Assembly: GCF_031769215.1 (NCBI RefSeq)
Contig: NW_026783079.1
Coordinates: 1-62,940, forward strand
Source: Ylistrum balloti
Lineage: Eukaryota
Reading direction: 5' to 3'
DNA length: 62,940 nt
Part shown: positions 48,720-58,311 of the stretch, in pieces
Position numbering within the stretch: position 1 is the stretch's first letter
Layout: every line of letters begins with the position of its first letter
Position numbers and translations under genes: made by a program
The notes under the pieces: model-generated
What the model was told of the DNA's origin: nothing
The model's database searches: none
The model's input: only the letters and a program-made list of their open reading frames with translations

Positions 48720-49631
48720 ATGACTGAAATTAAACAACTAGGCTACCTTGGTTTTGAGGTTGCCGATCTGAAAGCCTGGGAGCATTTTACAACCGACGTT
48801 CTTGGGTTAGGGCAAAGCCAACACTTTGCAAATGGTGGCTTTGCGCTACGTCTAGACGAATATCAACAACGTTTTATCATTCAGCCAGGTCAGGCAGATG
48901 ATCTTGTTTGTGTTGGCTTAGAAGTTGAAAATAAGGAAGCACTGACAGCGGTAATTTCTCGTGTACAGGCTGCGGGAATTGCTGTAGGCGAGGGCGACAG
49001 CAAACTGGTCGAGCAACGCCAAGTTGAGGCATTAACAACCTTTAAAGAGCCTGGTGGTGTGCAGTTTGAGGTATATTATGGGCCGCAAATGGCGGCGGAG
49101 CCATTTCAGTCGCAGGTGGTGGCTCATGGTTTTAAAGCTGGTGCCCTTGGTCTCGGTCATTTTGTTTTACGGGCTGGTGATTTAGAAGCATCACTAAAGT
49201 TTGTGACGGATGTTTTAGGATTTCGCTTAAGTGATCGTATTATTTGTGATATTGGTGGTTATCATGTCAATATTGCTTTTACGCACTGTAATCCACGGCA
49301 TCATTCGCTGGCCCTTGGAGAGAAATTGCCTAAACATATCCATCATTTTATGCTTGAAGTCAATGATATTGATGATGTCGGCCAGTGTTGGGACCGTGTT
49401 GTCAATGAAGGAATCACGGTTTGGAATGCTATTGGCCGGCATCCCAATGATCGTATGCTATCTTTTTATGCAGAAACCCCGTCAGGCTTTCAATTTGAAT
49501 TTGGTTGGGGGGGACGTGAAATTTTAGATGATGATACTTGGGATACTTATGTTTATGATCGTATTAGCGATTGGGGGCATGAACATCCAGCTCAAATGTT
49601 TAAGAAGATGTTTAAAAAACAGAAATCGTAG
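48720..49631 (+). CDS. hsaC: Extradiol (meta-cleavage) dioxygenase, HsaC/BphC-like
   Basis: LGYLGFE, LGLGHFVL, CNPRHHSLA, HHFMLEV, GRHPNDRMLSFY..TPSGFQFEFG. Confidence 0.8.
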   Translation: MTEIKQLGYLGFEVADLKAWEHFTTDVLGLGQSQHFANGGFALRLDEYQQRFIIQPGQADDLVCVGLEVENKEALTAVISRVQAAGIAVGEGDSKLVEQRQVEALTTFKEPGGVQFEVYYGPQMAAEPFQSQVVAHGFKAGALGLGHFVLRAGDLEASLKFVTDVLGFRLSDRIICDIGGYHVNIAFTHCNPRHHSLALGEKLPKHIHHFMLEVNDIDDVGQCWDRVVNEGITVWNAIGRHPNDRMLSFYAETPSGFQFEFGWGGREILDDDTWDTYVYDRISDWGHEHPAQMFKKMFKKQKS

Positions 49632-49675
49632 CAGCGCATTACCAACAAATAGACTAGGAAAATTAGAGACAAACA

Positions 49676-50515
49676 ATGACTGTAGTAGCCGCAGTGCCAG
49701 AAGGCAAATACGTTGATATTTTTGACGGTCACAAAATCCATTACCACGAAGCCGGTGAGGGCTTTCCTGTTATTTTTATTCATGGTAGTGGGCCTGGAGC
49801 CAGTGGTTGGAGTAACTTTAAAGGCAATTATGAAACCATTGCAAATTTAGCTAACTGTCGTTGCTTTGTGCCTGATTTGCTCGGGTATGGCTATTCTTCG
49901 ATGCCAGAAGAAGCGACCTTTACCTACGACGATTTAAAAAACGGTATTCAAGAATTTGCGAAGCAACTAGGGCTTAAGGAATATGCACTCGTTGGCAACT
50001 CGATGGGCGGCGCAATTGCGATTACCTTAGCACTAGAATGTCCTGAGCAGGTCAAGCAGTTAATTTTAATGGCACCTGGCGGCTTAGAAGCTAAAGAAGT
50101 TTATATGGAGATGAAAGGTATACGTACAATGATTCGGGCCATGTATGCGCCAGAAGGTATTACCCGTGAGTCGATGCGTAAAGTTTTTTCTCTACAATTG
50201 CATGACGCCAGTTTGATCACCGATGACATTATCGAAGAGCGGTTTCAGATTGCAGAGCAGCAGCCAAGAGGTATGTTCGAGAAAGTTATTGTTCCCAACC
50301 AAGCAGGTCAGCTTGCTGAGTTACAAATGCCTATTTTAGGGTTTTGGGGCGTAGATGATCAATTTTGTCCTGTTAGTGGTGCGATGATTGTTGCCAAAGA
50401 AGCTAGCCAAACGAAAATGACGATGCTAACAGAATGTGGACACTGGGTGATGGTGGAACATGAAGCGTACTTTAATCAGCAATGCGCAGATTTTGTGCGG
50501 CAAGAGACGGTGTAA
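49676..50515 (+). CDS. hsaD: Meta-cleavage product hydrolase, HsaD/BphD-like
   Basis: HGSGPGASGWSNF, GNSMGG, CGHWVMVE. Confidence 0.8.
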   Translation: MTVVAAVPEGKYVDIFDGHKIHYHEAGEGFPVIFIHGSGPGASGWSNFKGNYETIANLANCRCFVPDLLGYGYSSMPEEATFTYDDLKNGIQEFAKQLGLKEYALVGNSMGGAIAITLALECPEQVKQLILMAPGGLEAKEVYMEMKGIRTMIRAMYAPEGITRESMRKVFSLQLHDASLITDDIIEERFQIAEQQPRGMFEKVIVPNQAGQLAELQMPILGFWGVDDQFCPVSGAMIVAKEASQTKMTMLTECGHWVMVEHEAYFNQQCADFVRQETV

Positions 50516-50520
50516 AGACG

Positions 50521-51324
50521 ATGGCCCTAACAGAAGATAAAATTCGTTTTTATGGAGATGCCTTGTTTCAGGCATTACAAACACGCACAACCCTAAAGCC
50601 GCTGACCTCACAAGATAACTTAACCGTCGATGATGCCTATGCCATCTCTAAACATATGATTGCTTGTCGTGTCGAGGCCGGCGAGCGCATTATTGGAAAA
50701 AAAATTGGTGTTACCAGTGCACCTGTGCAAGATATGCTGAATGTTCGTACACCGGACTTTGGGTTTTTAACCGATGCAATGCACTATGAGCAAGGTCAAG
50801 AGATGCCCATTAGCAGTAACCTGATTCAGCCCCGCGCTGAGGGTGAATTGGCGTTTCGTTTGGCTAAAGATTTAACGGGTCCGGGTATTACGGCAGAAGA
50901 TGTACTGGCTGCTACCGATAGTGTCATGCCTTGTTTTGAAGTTGTTGATTCACGCATTGATAATTGGCAAATCAAGTATGAGGATACCGTTGCTGATAAT
51001 GCTTCTTCGGGGTTATACATTGTCGGAGAGCCTGTTTCTCCGCGTGGCATTGATTTGGCGACAGCTGAGATGGTTGTTGAAAAAAACGGCCAATTTCTAA
51101 GCCGTGGTAGTGGGGTTGAGGCTTTAACTGGAGAGCCAAAACTGGGCACACCTGTTAATTGTGTTGCTTGGCTTGCAAATACACTTGGTCATTATGGTAT
51201 TGAGTTACAGGCAGGAGATGTTATTCTTTCTGGTTCACTTGTTCCCCTAGAGCCTGTTGTATCCGGAGACCATATGCAGGTCACTATTGCTGGAGTTGGT
51301 ACATTGGGTGTACAGTTTGTCTGA
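50521..51324 (+). CDS. hsaE: 2-hydroxy-dienoate hydratase (HsaE/MhpD)
   Basis: GKKIGVTS, PDFGFLTD, QPRAEGE, EVVDSRI, VADNAS, ILSGSLVP. Confidence 0.82.
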   Translation: MALTEDKIRFYGDALFQALQTRTTLKPLTSQDNLTVDDAYAISKHMIACRVEAGERIIGKKIGVTSAPVQDMLNVRTPDFGFLTDAMHYEQGQEMPISSNLIQPRAEGELAFRLAKDLTGPGITAEDVLAATDSVMPCFEVVDSRIDNWQIKYEDTVADNASSGLYIVGEPVSPRGIDLATAEMVVEKNGQFLSRGSGVEALTGEPKLGTPVNCVAWLANTLGHYGIELQAGDVILSGSLVPLEPVVSGDHMQVTIAGVGTLGVQFV

Positions 51325-51481
51325 AAATATGAAGTATGTATATAGAGGCCTGATGAGTTGCTTTACTGCTACGCAGCCTTCGAGGATGTTTATTATATTG
51401 ATCTCGGAATTGCTTTGTAGTAAGACAAATAATCACCCTTATTTTTGTAGATGAATGAAAGTTGATTAAAGGTATGTTTTT

Positions 51482-52360
51482 ATGACAAAAATTAAAGCTG
51501 CTATTATCGGTTCCGGTAATATTGGTACAGATCTTTTATATAAAATGCAGCGTAGTGAAATACTCGAGCCTGCTTGGATGGTTGGTATTGATCCAGATTC
51601 TGATGGATTAAAGCGCGCTGCTGGTATGGGGTTAAAAACGACCTACGAAGGTGTTGATGGGCTTGTACCTCATATTCAGGATGACCAAATTCGGATTGCT
51701 TTTGATGCAACATCTGCTTATGTTCATGCAGAAAACTCACGCAAGGTCAATGAGCAAGGTGTTGTGATGGTTGACCTTACGCCTGCAGCGATTGGTCCCT
51801 ATTGTATTCCACCAGTGAACTTACAAGAACAAGTTGGTTCTAAGGTTATGAATATTAATATGGTGACCTGTGGTGGACAGGCTACGATTCCAATGGTTTA
51901 TGCGGTTAGTCGTGTACAACCAGTTGCTTACGGGGAAATCGTCGCAACGGTTTCCTCAAAATCTGCTGGTCCGGGTACACGTAAAAATATTGATGAGTTT
52001 ACGCGTACAACTGCAGGAGCTGTCGAGAAATTAGGTGGGGCGAAACAAGGTAAAGCGATTATTATCATTAATCCTGCAGAACCACCACTGATTATGCGTG
52101 ATACGATTCATTGTTTAACCGAAGAAGAGCCAGATCAAGCAGCGATTACTCAGTCTGTGCATGACATGATTGCGGCAGTGCAGCAATATGTTCCTGGTTA
52201 CACCCTAAAAAATGGCCCCGTTTTTGATGGCAAACGCGTTTCAATTTTTTTAGAGGTTGAAGGCTTAGGCGATTATTTACCTAAATATGCAGGTAACCTT
52301 GATATTATGACAGCTGCGGCTTTGCAAGCTGGTGAACTTTTTGCCAAAGAAATGTCATAA
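51482..52360 (+). CDS. hsaG: Acylating aldehyde dehydrogenase (HsaG/MhpF/DmpF)
   Basis: [53 protein letters not shown]. Confidence 0.88.
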   Translation: MTKIKAAIIGSGNIGTDLLYKMQRSEILEPAWMVGIDPDSDGLKRAAGMGLKTTYEGVDGLVPHIQDDQIRIAFDATSAYVHAENSRKVNEQGVVMVDLTPAAIGPYCIPPVNLQEQVGSKVMNINMVTCGGQATIPMVYAVSRVQPVAYGEIVATVSSKSAGPGTRKNIDEFTRTTAGAVEKLGGAKQGKAIIIINPAEPPLIMRDTIHCLTEEEPDQAAITQSVHDMIAAVQQYVPGYTLKNGPVFDGKRVSIFLEVEGLGDYLPKYAGNLDIMTAAALQAGELFAKEMS

Positions 52361-52433
52361 AGACTGTAAAACCAAGATATAAATTCAGATTATTATTTGG
52401 AATTGTTGAAAAAATATAAAAAGTGAGACTGAT

Positions 52434-53465
52434 GTGGACATAACAGGTAAACAGGTCACATTGCATGACATGTCACTACGAGACGGTATGCATGCCAAAC
52501 GTCATCAAATAAGTATCGAGCAAATGGTACAAATCTCAACAGCGTTAGATGCCGCAGGTGTACCACTTATTGAAGTAACGCATGGAGATGGCATTTCTGG
52601 AGCCTCTGTGAACTATGGGTTTCCTGCTCATAGTGACCGTGAGTACCTTGAGGCTGTTATTCCCAAAATGAAGAACGCTAAAATTTCAGCACTACTGTTA
52701 CCTGGAATTGGGACGGTTGATGATCTTAAAATGGCTTATGATCTAGGGGTTTCAACCATCCGTATTGCGACACATTGTACGGAGGCTGATGTTGCTGAGC
52801 AGCATATTGGTATGGCTTCAGGGATGGCCGGTTTAGATGTTGTTGGGTTTTTAATGATGGCACATATGATTCCTGCGGAGCAGCTGTTAGAGCAAGCTCT
52901 ATTGCAGGAGAGTTATGGTGCAAATTGTATTTATGTTACGGATTCTGCTGGTGCAATGTTGCCTGATGAAGTTACAGAAAAAATTGCACTATTTCGTCGT
53001 GAACTTAAACCAGACACGGAAGTAGGTTTCCATGGTCATCATAATCTCGGTATGAGTATTGCCAATTCTCTTGCAGCAGTCGAGGCTGGAGCTATTCGTA
53101 TTGATGGCTCTGCCGCTGGTCTTGGTGCTGGTGCTGGTAATACACCGCTCGAAGTGTTTGTAGCCGTTCTTGATCGGATGGGGGCAACTCATGGTGTTGA
53201 CCTTTGGCAACTAACAGACGTGGCAGAAGATCTTATAGTGCCGCTGATGGATCAAGCTATCCGTATTGATCGTGATTCTTTGGTCCTTGGTTATGCTGGC
53301 GTGTATTCTTCCTTTTTACTCCATGCCAAGCGTGCTGCTGAGAAATATGGTCTTAGCTCACGTGATATCTTAGTTCGTCTAGGGGAAATGAAGACCGTTG
53401 GAGGCCAGGAAGATATGATTGAAGATGTCGCATTAACAATGTGTAAAGAACAACAATCTGCATAA
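52434..53465 (+). CDS. hsaF: 4-hydroxy-2-oxovalerate/hexanoate aldolase (HsaF/DmpG)
   Basis: [43 protein letters not shown]. Confidence 0.88.
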   Translation: MDITGKQVTLHDMSLRDGMHAKRHQISIEQMVQISTALDAAGVPLIEVTHGDGISGASVNYGFPAHSDREYLEAVIPKMKNAKISALLLPGIGTVDDLKMAYDLGVSTIRIATHCTEADVAEQHIGMASGMAGLDVVGFLMMAHMIPAEQLLEQALLQESYGANCIYVTDSAGAMLPDEVTEKIALFRRELKPDTEVGFHGHHNLGMSIANSLAAVEAGAIRIDGSAAGLGAGAGNTPLEVFVAVLDRMGATHGVDLWQLTDVAEDLIVPLMDQAIRIDRDSLVLGYAGVYSSFLLHAKRAAEKYGLSSRDILVRLGEMKTVGGQEDMIEDVALTMCKEQQSA

Positions 53466-53478
53466 ACGGTAGTTATCT

Positions 53479-55194
53479 ATGACATCTACAGAGCATTCGT
53501 GGGATAAAGAAGTTGATTTACTTGTTGTTGGTTCTGGCGGTGGCGGTATGGCCGCGGCGCTTCGTGCCCATGATTTAGGTAGTGAGGTTCTGCTGATTGA
53601 AAAGGGTGACCTCTATGGCGGCTCAACAGCAATCTCTGGTGGTGTTTGTTGGGTTGGGAATAACCGGCATATGCCAAAAGCTGGTATTCAAGACAGTGAT
53701 GAAGAAACTCTGACCTACCTTAAACACATTACCAAAGGGGAGGTTGCTGAGGAAAAAATTACGACCTATGTTCGTGAATCTAATCGTGTTATCAACTATT
53801 TACATGACAACAGTCAGGTAAAATTTACAGCTGTTGCCAAGTATACAGACTATTATCCAGAAGCGCCCGGCGGTAAAATGGGCGCAAGGTCTATGGAATG
53901 CCCTAGGTTTAATGCAAAGGTTTTAGGACCACGTTTAATGGAACTGCAGCGGCCTCATATTCAATCTCAGATTATGGGTAAATTTGGCATTATGGCTGGA
54001 GAAGCGCATCAAGCGCTTGTTGGCAACTGGCGGACCAAGTTTTTTATGGTCTGGCAATTTATCAAATATCTGCTGCGTTCTGGTGCCCGTAAGCGTTGTG
54101 GTAGAGACACAAGTCTTACAGCAGGTAATTCGCTGATGGCGCGTTTTTTTACCTCGTTAATTGACCGTAATGTTGAGATGTGGAAGGAGTCTTCTGCTCA
54201 GGAACTTATTATTGAAGATGGGCATGTTCTTGGTGCACTTGTTGAAAAAACGGGACAAAGCTTACGCATTCGGGCACGTCAAGGTGTTGTACTTGCTGCT
54301 GGTGGATTTGAACATAATCAAGACATGCGAAACCAGTACCAGAAACAACCGATTAAGACAGAGTGGAATGTTGGTAATACATTAAACGTTGGTGATGGTA
54401 TTAAGCTAGGGCTTACTGCTGGTGGTACGTTAGACCTAATGGATGAAGCGTGGTGGACACCGATTTGTCAGGTGCCAGGTAAAACGCCAGCTTTTGTTTT
54501 AGTTGTTGAAAAAAGTCTTCCCCATGGCCTTTTTGTTAATAATCAAGCCAAACGTTTTACCAATGAAGCCGCGCCTTATATTGATGTTGTTCATGGTATT
54601 TATGGTGATGATGATGGACAAGGTAAAACGATTCCAGCCTGGCTTATTTTTGATGCTACCTTCAGGCAGCGGTTTCCTGTTGGGCCAGTACCTCCAGGGT
54701 ATGCTGCTTCAGATGGCGTGATGAAACGGTTTTTTAAGAATGGTTTTTTAACGAAAGCGGACAGTTTGACAGCACTGGCTGAAAAAATAGATCTCGATCC
54801 TGTGCAATTACAAGAGACGATTAATCGTTTTAATACCAATGCGCGTCAAGGGCTAGATCCGGATTTTGGCCGTGGTAAGAGTGCCTCTGATCGCTATTAT
54901 GGTGATCCTCGTGTGAAGCCCAATCCTTGTTTAGGTCCTGTTGAAACTGCACCATTTTATGCGATTCGTATCTATCCTGGTGATTTAGGTACCAAAGGTG
55001 GTCTCATTACCGATACGCAGTCACGTGTACTACGTGAAGATGGTACAGCAATTGCTGGCCTTTATGCGACAGGCAATTGTAGTGCTTCTATGATGGGGCG
55101 TACGTATCCTGGGGCAGGGGGAACAATCGGTCCTGCGATTACTTTTGGCTTTTTAGCGGCAGAAGCTGCTGCTCAGGATACAACCGGAGGTTAA
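53479..55194 (+). CDS. kstD: 3-ketosteroid delta1-dehydrogenase
   Basis: VVGSGGGGM, GGSTAISGG, YTDYYPE, DFGRG.SA.DRYYGDP, PGDLGTKGGL, YPGAGGTIG. Confidence 0.8.
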   Translation: MTSTEHSWDKEVDLLVVGSGGGGMAAALRAHDLGSEVLLIEKGDLYGGSTAISGGVCWVGNNRHMPKAGIQDSDEETLTYLKHITKGEVAEEKITTYVRESNRVINYLHDNSQVKFTAVAKYTDYYPEAPGGKMGARSMECPRFNAKVLGPRLMELQRPHIQSQIMGKFGIMAGEAHQALVGNWRTKFFMVWQFIKYLLRSGARKRCGRDTSLTAGNSLMARFFTSLIDRNVEMWKESSAQELIIEDGHVLGALVEKTGQSLRIRARQGVVLAAGGFEHNQDMRNQYQKQPIKTEWNVGNTLNVGDGIKLGLTAGGTLDLMDEAWWTPICQVPGKTPAFVLVVEKSLPHGLFVNNQAKRFTNEAAPYIDVVHGIYGDDDGQGKTIPAWLIFDATFRQRFPVGPVPPGYAASDGVMKRFFKNGFLTKADSLTALAEKIDLDPVQLQETINRFNTNARQGLDPDFGRGKSASDRYYGDPRVKPNPCLGPVETAPFYAIRIYPGDLGTKGGLITDTQSRVLREDGTAIAGLYATGNCSASMMGRTYPGAGGTIGPAITFGFLAAEAAAQDTTGG

Positions 55195-55197
55195 ATA

Positions 55198-55674
55198 ATG
55201 ACGATATCTGATTTAATTCAAGCACCGCTACAGTTTGATTTGTCCTGCACACTTGCAGCCACCCCAGATGAGGTTTTTACATTTATTACAGATTTTGAGG
55301 GAATGCCAGGTTGGATGCCACTGATGAAGCGTGTTGAGGTTGATAATACAAAGGCACAGGCACCTGGTGAAGTTGGAGCTGTACGGGTCATTTATCCACC
55401 AGTTGGTAGCGCTACCTATGAAGAAGTACGCGTTTTTGAACGCCCAAATCTACTGGCCTATAGTGCTAGCGATGACTCTTTAATGGGGATGTATACAAAC
55501 CATATCGGCGTTTTAACTTGTGAAGCTACAGGGGAAGAGCATACGCTATTTTCCTGGCGTACCTACGCTGATCCCGGTAAAAATGTGATTATGCGCTTTT
55601 TTGGGCGTTTGGTGTTTGGCTATGTTTTTCGTCATAGCTTTAAGAAATTAAAGCAGCGTTTTCCGGTTTCCTGA
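55198..55674 (+). CDS. SRPBCC (polyketide cyclase/START-like) protein
   Basis: PDEVFTFITD...PGW, GAVRVI. Confidence 0.75.
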   Translation: MTISDLIQAPLQFDLSCTLAATPDEVFTFITDFEGMPGWMPLMKRVEVDNTKAQAPGEVGAVRVIYPPVGSATYEEVRVFERPNLLAYSASDDSLMGMYTNHIGVLTCEATGEEHTLFSWRTYADPGKNVIMRFFGRLVFGYVFRHSFKKLKQRFPVS

Positions 55675-55704
55675 GTAGATATTGTTAATAAACTAGGAGC
55701 AGAC

Positions 55705-56157
55705 ATGGCACAAAAACACGTGGAACCAAAGCAAATCATTGCTGCAAAAGAAGGTTGGTATAACCTTAATCCAGATAATCCACATCTGCTGGGCAGTCAA
55801 TGTAAACAGTGTGGGACCTACAGCTTTCCGGCAGAGACGCTTTACTGTAAAAATCCGGCCTGTGATAGTACGTCATTCGAGGAGGTTGCTCTAAGTCGTC
55901 GGGGGAGCATTTGGTCTTATACCAATGCCTGTTATCAGCCACCAGCTCCGTATATCGCTACGACGGATCCTTATGAGCCTTTTACCTTAGCAGCCGTAAA
56001 GCTAGAAAAAGAAGGATTAATTATTCTTGGACAAGTAACCTCTGGGGTTACGGTTGATGATTTACAGATTGGTATGGAGGTTCAGTTGGTGCTCGATACG
56101 CTTTTAGAGACCAATGAGACGAAGCAGGTCATTTGGCGCTGGCAGTTAGTTGCCTAG
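55705..56157 (+). CDS. DUF35 Zn-ribbon/OB-fold thiolase partner
   Basis: CKQC..YSFP....C....C, GSIWSYT, PF, IGMEV. Confidence 0.88.
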   Translation: MAQKHVEPKQIIAAKEGWYNLNPDNPHLLGSQCKQCGTYSFPAETLYCKNPACDSTSFEEVALSRRGSIWSYTNACYQPPAPYIATTDPYEPFTLAAVKLEKEGLIILGQVTSGVTVDDLQIGMEVQLVLDTLLETNETKQVIWRWQLVA

Positions 56158-56208
56158 CTAAAAGTAATTTTGGAGATTTATTATTTCGTTGTTTCTTAAG
56201 GGGGATCT

Positions 56209-57003
56209 ATGAATAGGCAAAAAGATCACAATAACTTTATTAGTTTCTATGTCGTTATTCTGCTGCTTTTAATAACGAGTCATCAGGCTCTGGCCTCTCC
56301 AGCAGATGACATGATTTCTTTGTTACGCAAAATAACTGTTTCGACAGGAAAAAAGCCAGCGATTTTACTTATTGATATGCATGTTGAGGATCTTGTCTAT
56401 GACCGAAAACTAAAGGCATATTTTTATGAGTTTCCTGGTAATACCAAACTATATGCGGAGCAGAAGCGTGTTATTGAATTTGGACTAGATAATGGCTATG
56501 ACGTTTATGATATTAATTTTATGGGTAGTAATATGTCTAAAAGGGGTAAATTTAATTTTTTACTTGAACGAAAAGCACGAGGGACTGCTACATTTGAAGA
56601 TATCGTTGACCTTAAATATAGTCGGGGAGGAGCTGCCAATTACCATAATATACTGAAGCCAGAGAATGACTCTTTTACAAAGACGACATTAACAGCAGAC
56701 TTAGAAAACACGGATAATGTTGTTGTAATGGGATTTGAAACGGAGATATGTTGCCGAGAGACAGTAGAGAGTGCTCTTAAACAAGGAAAAAAGGTGATTG
56801 TTGATCGACGACTGACATCGACAGAATTACAACGTAACCTTACAGGAAGATCTGCCGATACTGAATATCCTGTCTGGAAACCAGGTGATACTGAATGGGA
56901 TGCTAAGTGGCAGGAGCTTAAAGAACAATATGGAGATCAGTTATTACTAACAGATCAAGAAACAACTTCTTACGATGATGTTCAATTACCAGCTTGTGAG
57001 TAG
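56209..57003 (+). CDS. Exported isochorismatase-like cysteine hydrolase
   Basis: Signal peptide ..QALA. ILLIDM (Asp), KPENDSF (Lys), VMGFETEICC.ETV..A (Cys). Confidence 0.6.
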   Translation: MNRQKDHNNFISFYVVILLLLITSHQALASPADDMISLLRKITVSTGKKPAILLIDMHVEDLVYDRKLKAYFYEFPGNTKLYAEQKRVIEFGLDNGYDVYDINFMGSNMSKRGKFNFLLERKARGTATFEDIVDLKYSRGGAANYHNILKPENDSFTKTTLTADLENTDNVVVMGFETEICCRETVESALKQGKKVIVDRRLTSTELQRNLTGRSADTEYPVWKPGDTEWDAKWQELKEQYGDQLLLTDQETTSYDDVQLPACE

Positions 57004-57095
57004 CTTTTTTTGAGTATGGATTTTAGGACACTAACTAAATTAATTAACGAAAAGTAAATTTATGTTTAGCGTTTTGATTGAAAAATGGAGTGAAT

Positions 57096-58289
57096 ATGCC
57101 CGTAGGTGAAGTAGCTATTTTAGGTGTTGGGATGCATCCCTGGGGAAAATGGGGACGCAATTTTGTTGAATATGGTGTCCAGGCTGCCCGCGAGGCATTA
57201 AACGACGCGGGTGTGGCTTGGCAAGATATTCAATTTGTCGCGGGTGCCAATACGATTCGCAATGGTTATCCTGGTCAAGTCTCTGGGGCGACCTTTGCCC
57301 AGGCTCTTGGGTGGAATGGTTGCCGAATCTCAAGTTCCTATGCTGCTTGTGCTTCTGGGTCTATGGCGCTCAATTCTGCGCGTACACAAATTTTAGCTGG
57401 ACTTGCAGATGTAGCACTTGTCATTGGTGCGGATACCACACCAAAAGGTTTTTTAGCACCTACTGGCGGTGATCGTCCCGATGATCCTGATTGGTTAAGG
57501 TTTCGTTTGCAAGGGGTTACTAATCCTGCTTATTTTGCTTTTGCTGCTCGTCGGCGTATGGATTTATATGGTATGACCGAAGATGATTTAGCACAAGTAA
57601 AAATCAAAAATGCCAAGCATGGTTTGCATAATCCCAATGCTCGCTACAAAAAAGCCTTTACCAAAGAAGATGTTCTTGCTTCACCTATGGTTGCAGACCC
57701 TTTGCGACTACTACATATTTGTGCCACAAGCGATGGGGCAGCAGCACTCGTTATTTGTAGTTTAGATTATGCCAAAAAATTAGGAGTGCAAAACCCTGTA
57801 CGCATTGCTGCAATATCTACAGCAACGCCGACATATCCTAGTACGCAAGTTGAAATGCCTGATTTAGCGACAGATTCAAGTTTTGTTGTACCTGAGCCAA
57901 GTGCCCAGTTTAAGAAGGCTGTTGTTGATGCTGCTTATGAAGAAGCGGGATTAGGGCCAGAGGATATTGATTTAGCTGAAGTGTATGACTTAAGTTTAGC
58001 CATGGAGTTAGATTGGGTTGAAAACATTGGTTTTGCTAAAGAAGGGCAGGCCGAGCAGTTACTTCGCAGTGGTGATACCTCAATTGGTGGTAAAAAACCT
58101 GTCAATACAAGTGGTGGACTGGGATGTTTTGGGGAGGCTGTACCGGCTCAGGCAATTGCTCAGGTTTGTGAACTAACCTGGCAGCTACGGGGGCAGTCTG
58201 GAAGGCGTCAAGTCGAGAATGCCAATGTGGGGATTACTGCCAATCAAGGTCTTTTTGGTCATGGATCATCGGTGATTGTGAAAAAATAA
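57096..58289 (+). CDS. SCP2-type thiolase/lipid-transfer protein (Ltp/BbsB-like)
   Basis: AACASG, VKIKN..HG..NPNA, SDGAAA, AEVYD, VNTSGGL, NQGLFGHG. Confidence 0.88.
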   Translation: MPVGEVAILGVGMHPWGKWGRNFVEYGVQAAREALNDAGVAWQDIQFVAGANTIRNGYPGQVSGATFAQALGWNGCRISSSYAACASGSMALNSARTQILAGLADVALVIGADTTPKGFLAPTGGDRPDDPDWLRFRLQGVTNPAYFAFAARRRMDLYGMTEDDLAQVKIKNAKHGLHNPNARYKKAFTKEDVLASPMVADPLRLLHICATSDGAAALVICSLDYAKKLGVQNPVRIAAISTATPTYPSTQVEMPDLATDSSFVVPEPSAQFKKAVVDAAYEEAGLGPEDIDLAEVYDLSLAMELDWVENIGFAKEGQAEQLLRSGDTSIGGKKPVNTSGGLGCFGEAVPAQAIAQVCELTWQLRGQSGRRQVENANVGITANQGLFGHGSSVIVKK

Positions 58290-58311
58290 CGTAACAAGGA
58301 TTAGATCAACG

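Noticed and set aside
51350-51357. CTGATGAG hammerhead-like core in the hsaE-hsaG gap
   Set aside because: There is no stem II followed by GAAA and no stem III/cleavage triplet at a suitable distance.
47482-53465. Interpreting the meta-cleavage operon as biphenyl/phenol degradation
   Set aside because: Co-location with KstD x2, KshA-like, the Rv3549c-like SDR, DUF35/thiolase and KstR boxes, with no ring-hydroxylating dioxygenase or phenol hydroxylase, favours steroids. It is not formally excluded without phylogeny.
56160-57061. AAAAGTAATTT / AAAAGTAAATTT flanking the hydrolase insert as a target-site duplication
   Set aside because: The match is imperfect and low-complexity in AT-rich DNA, so it is expected by chance.
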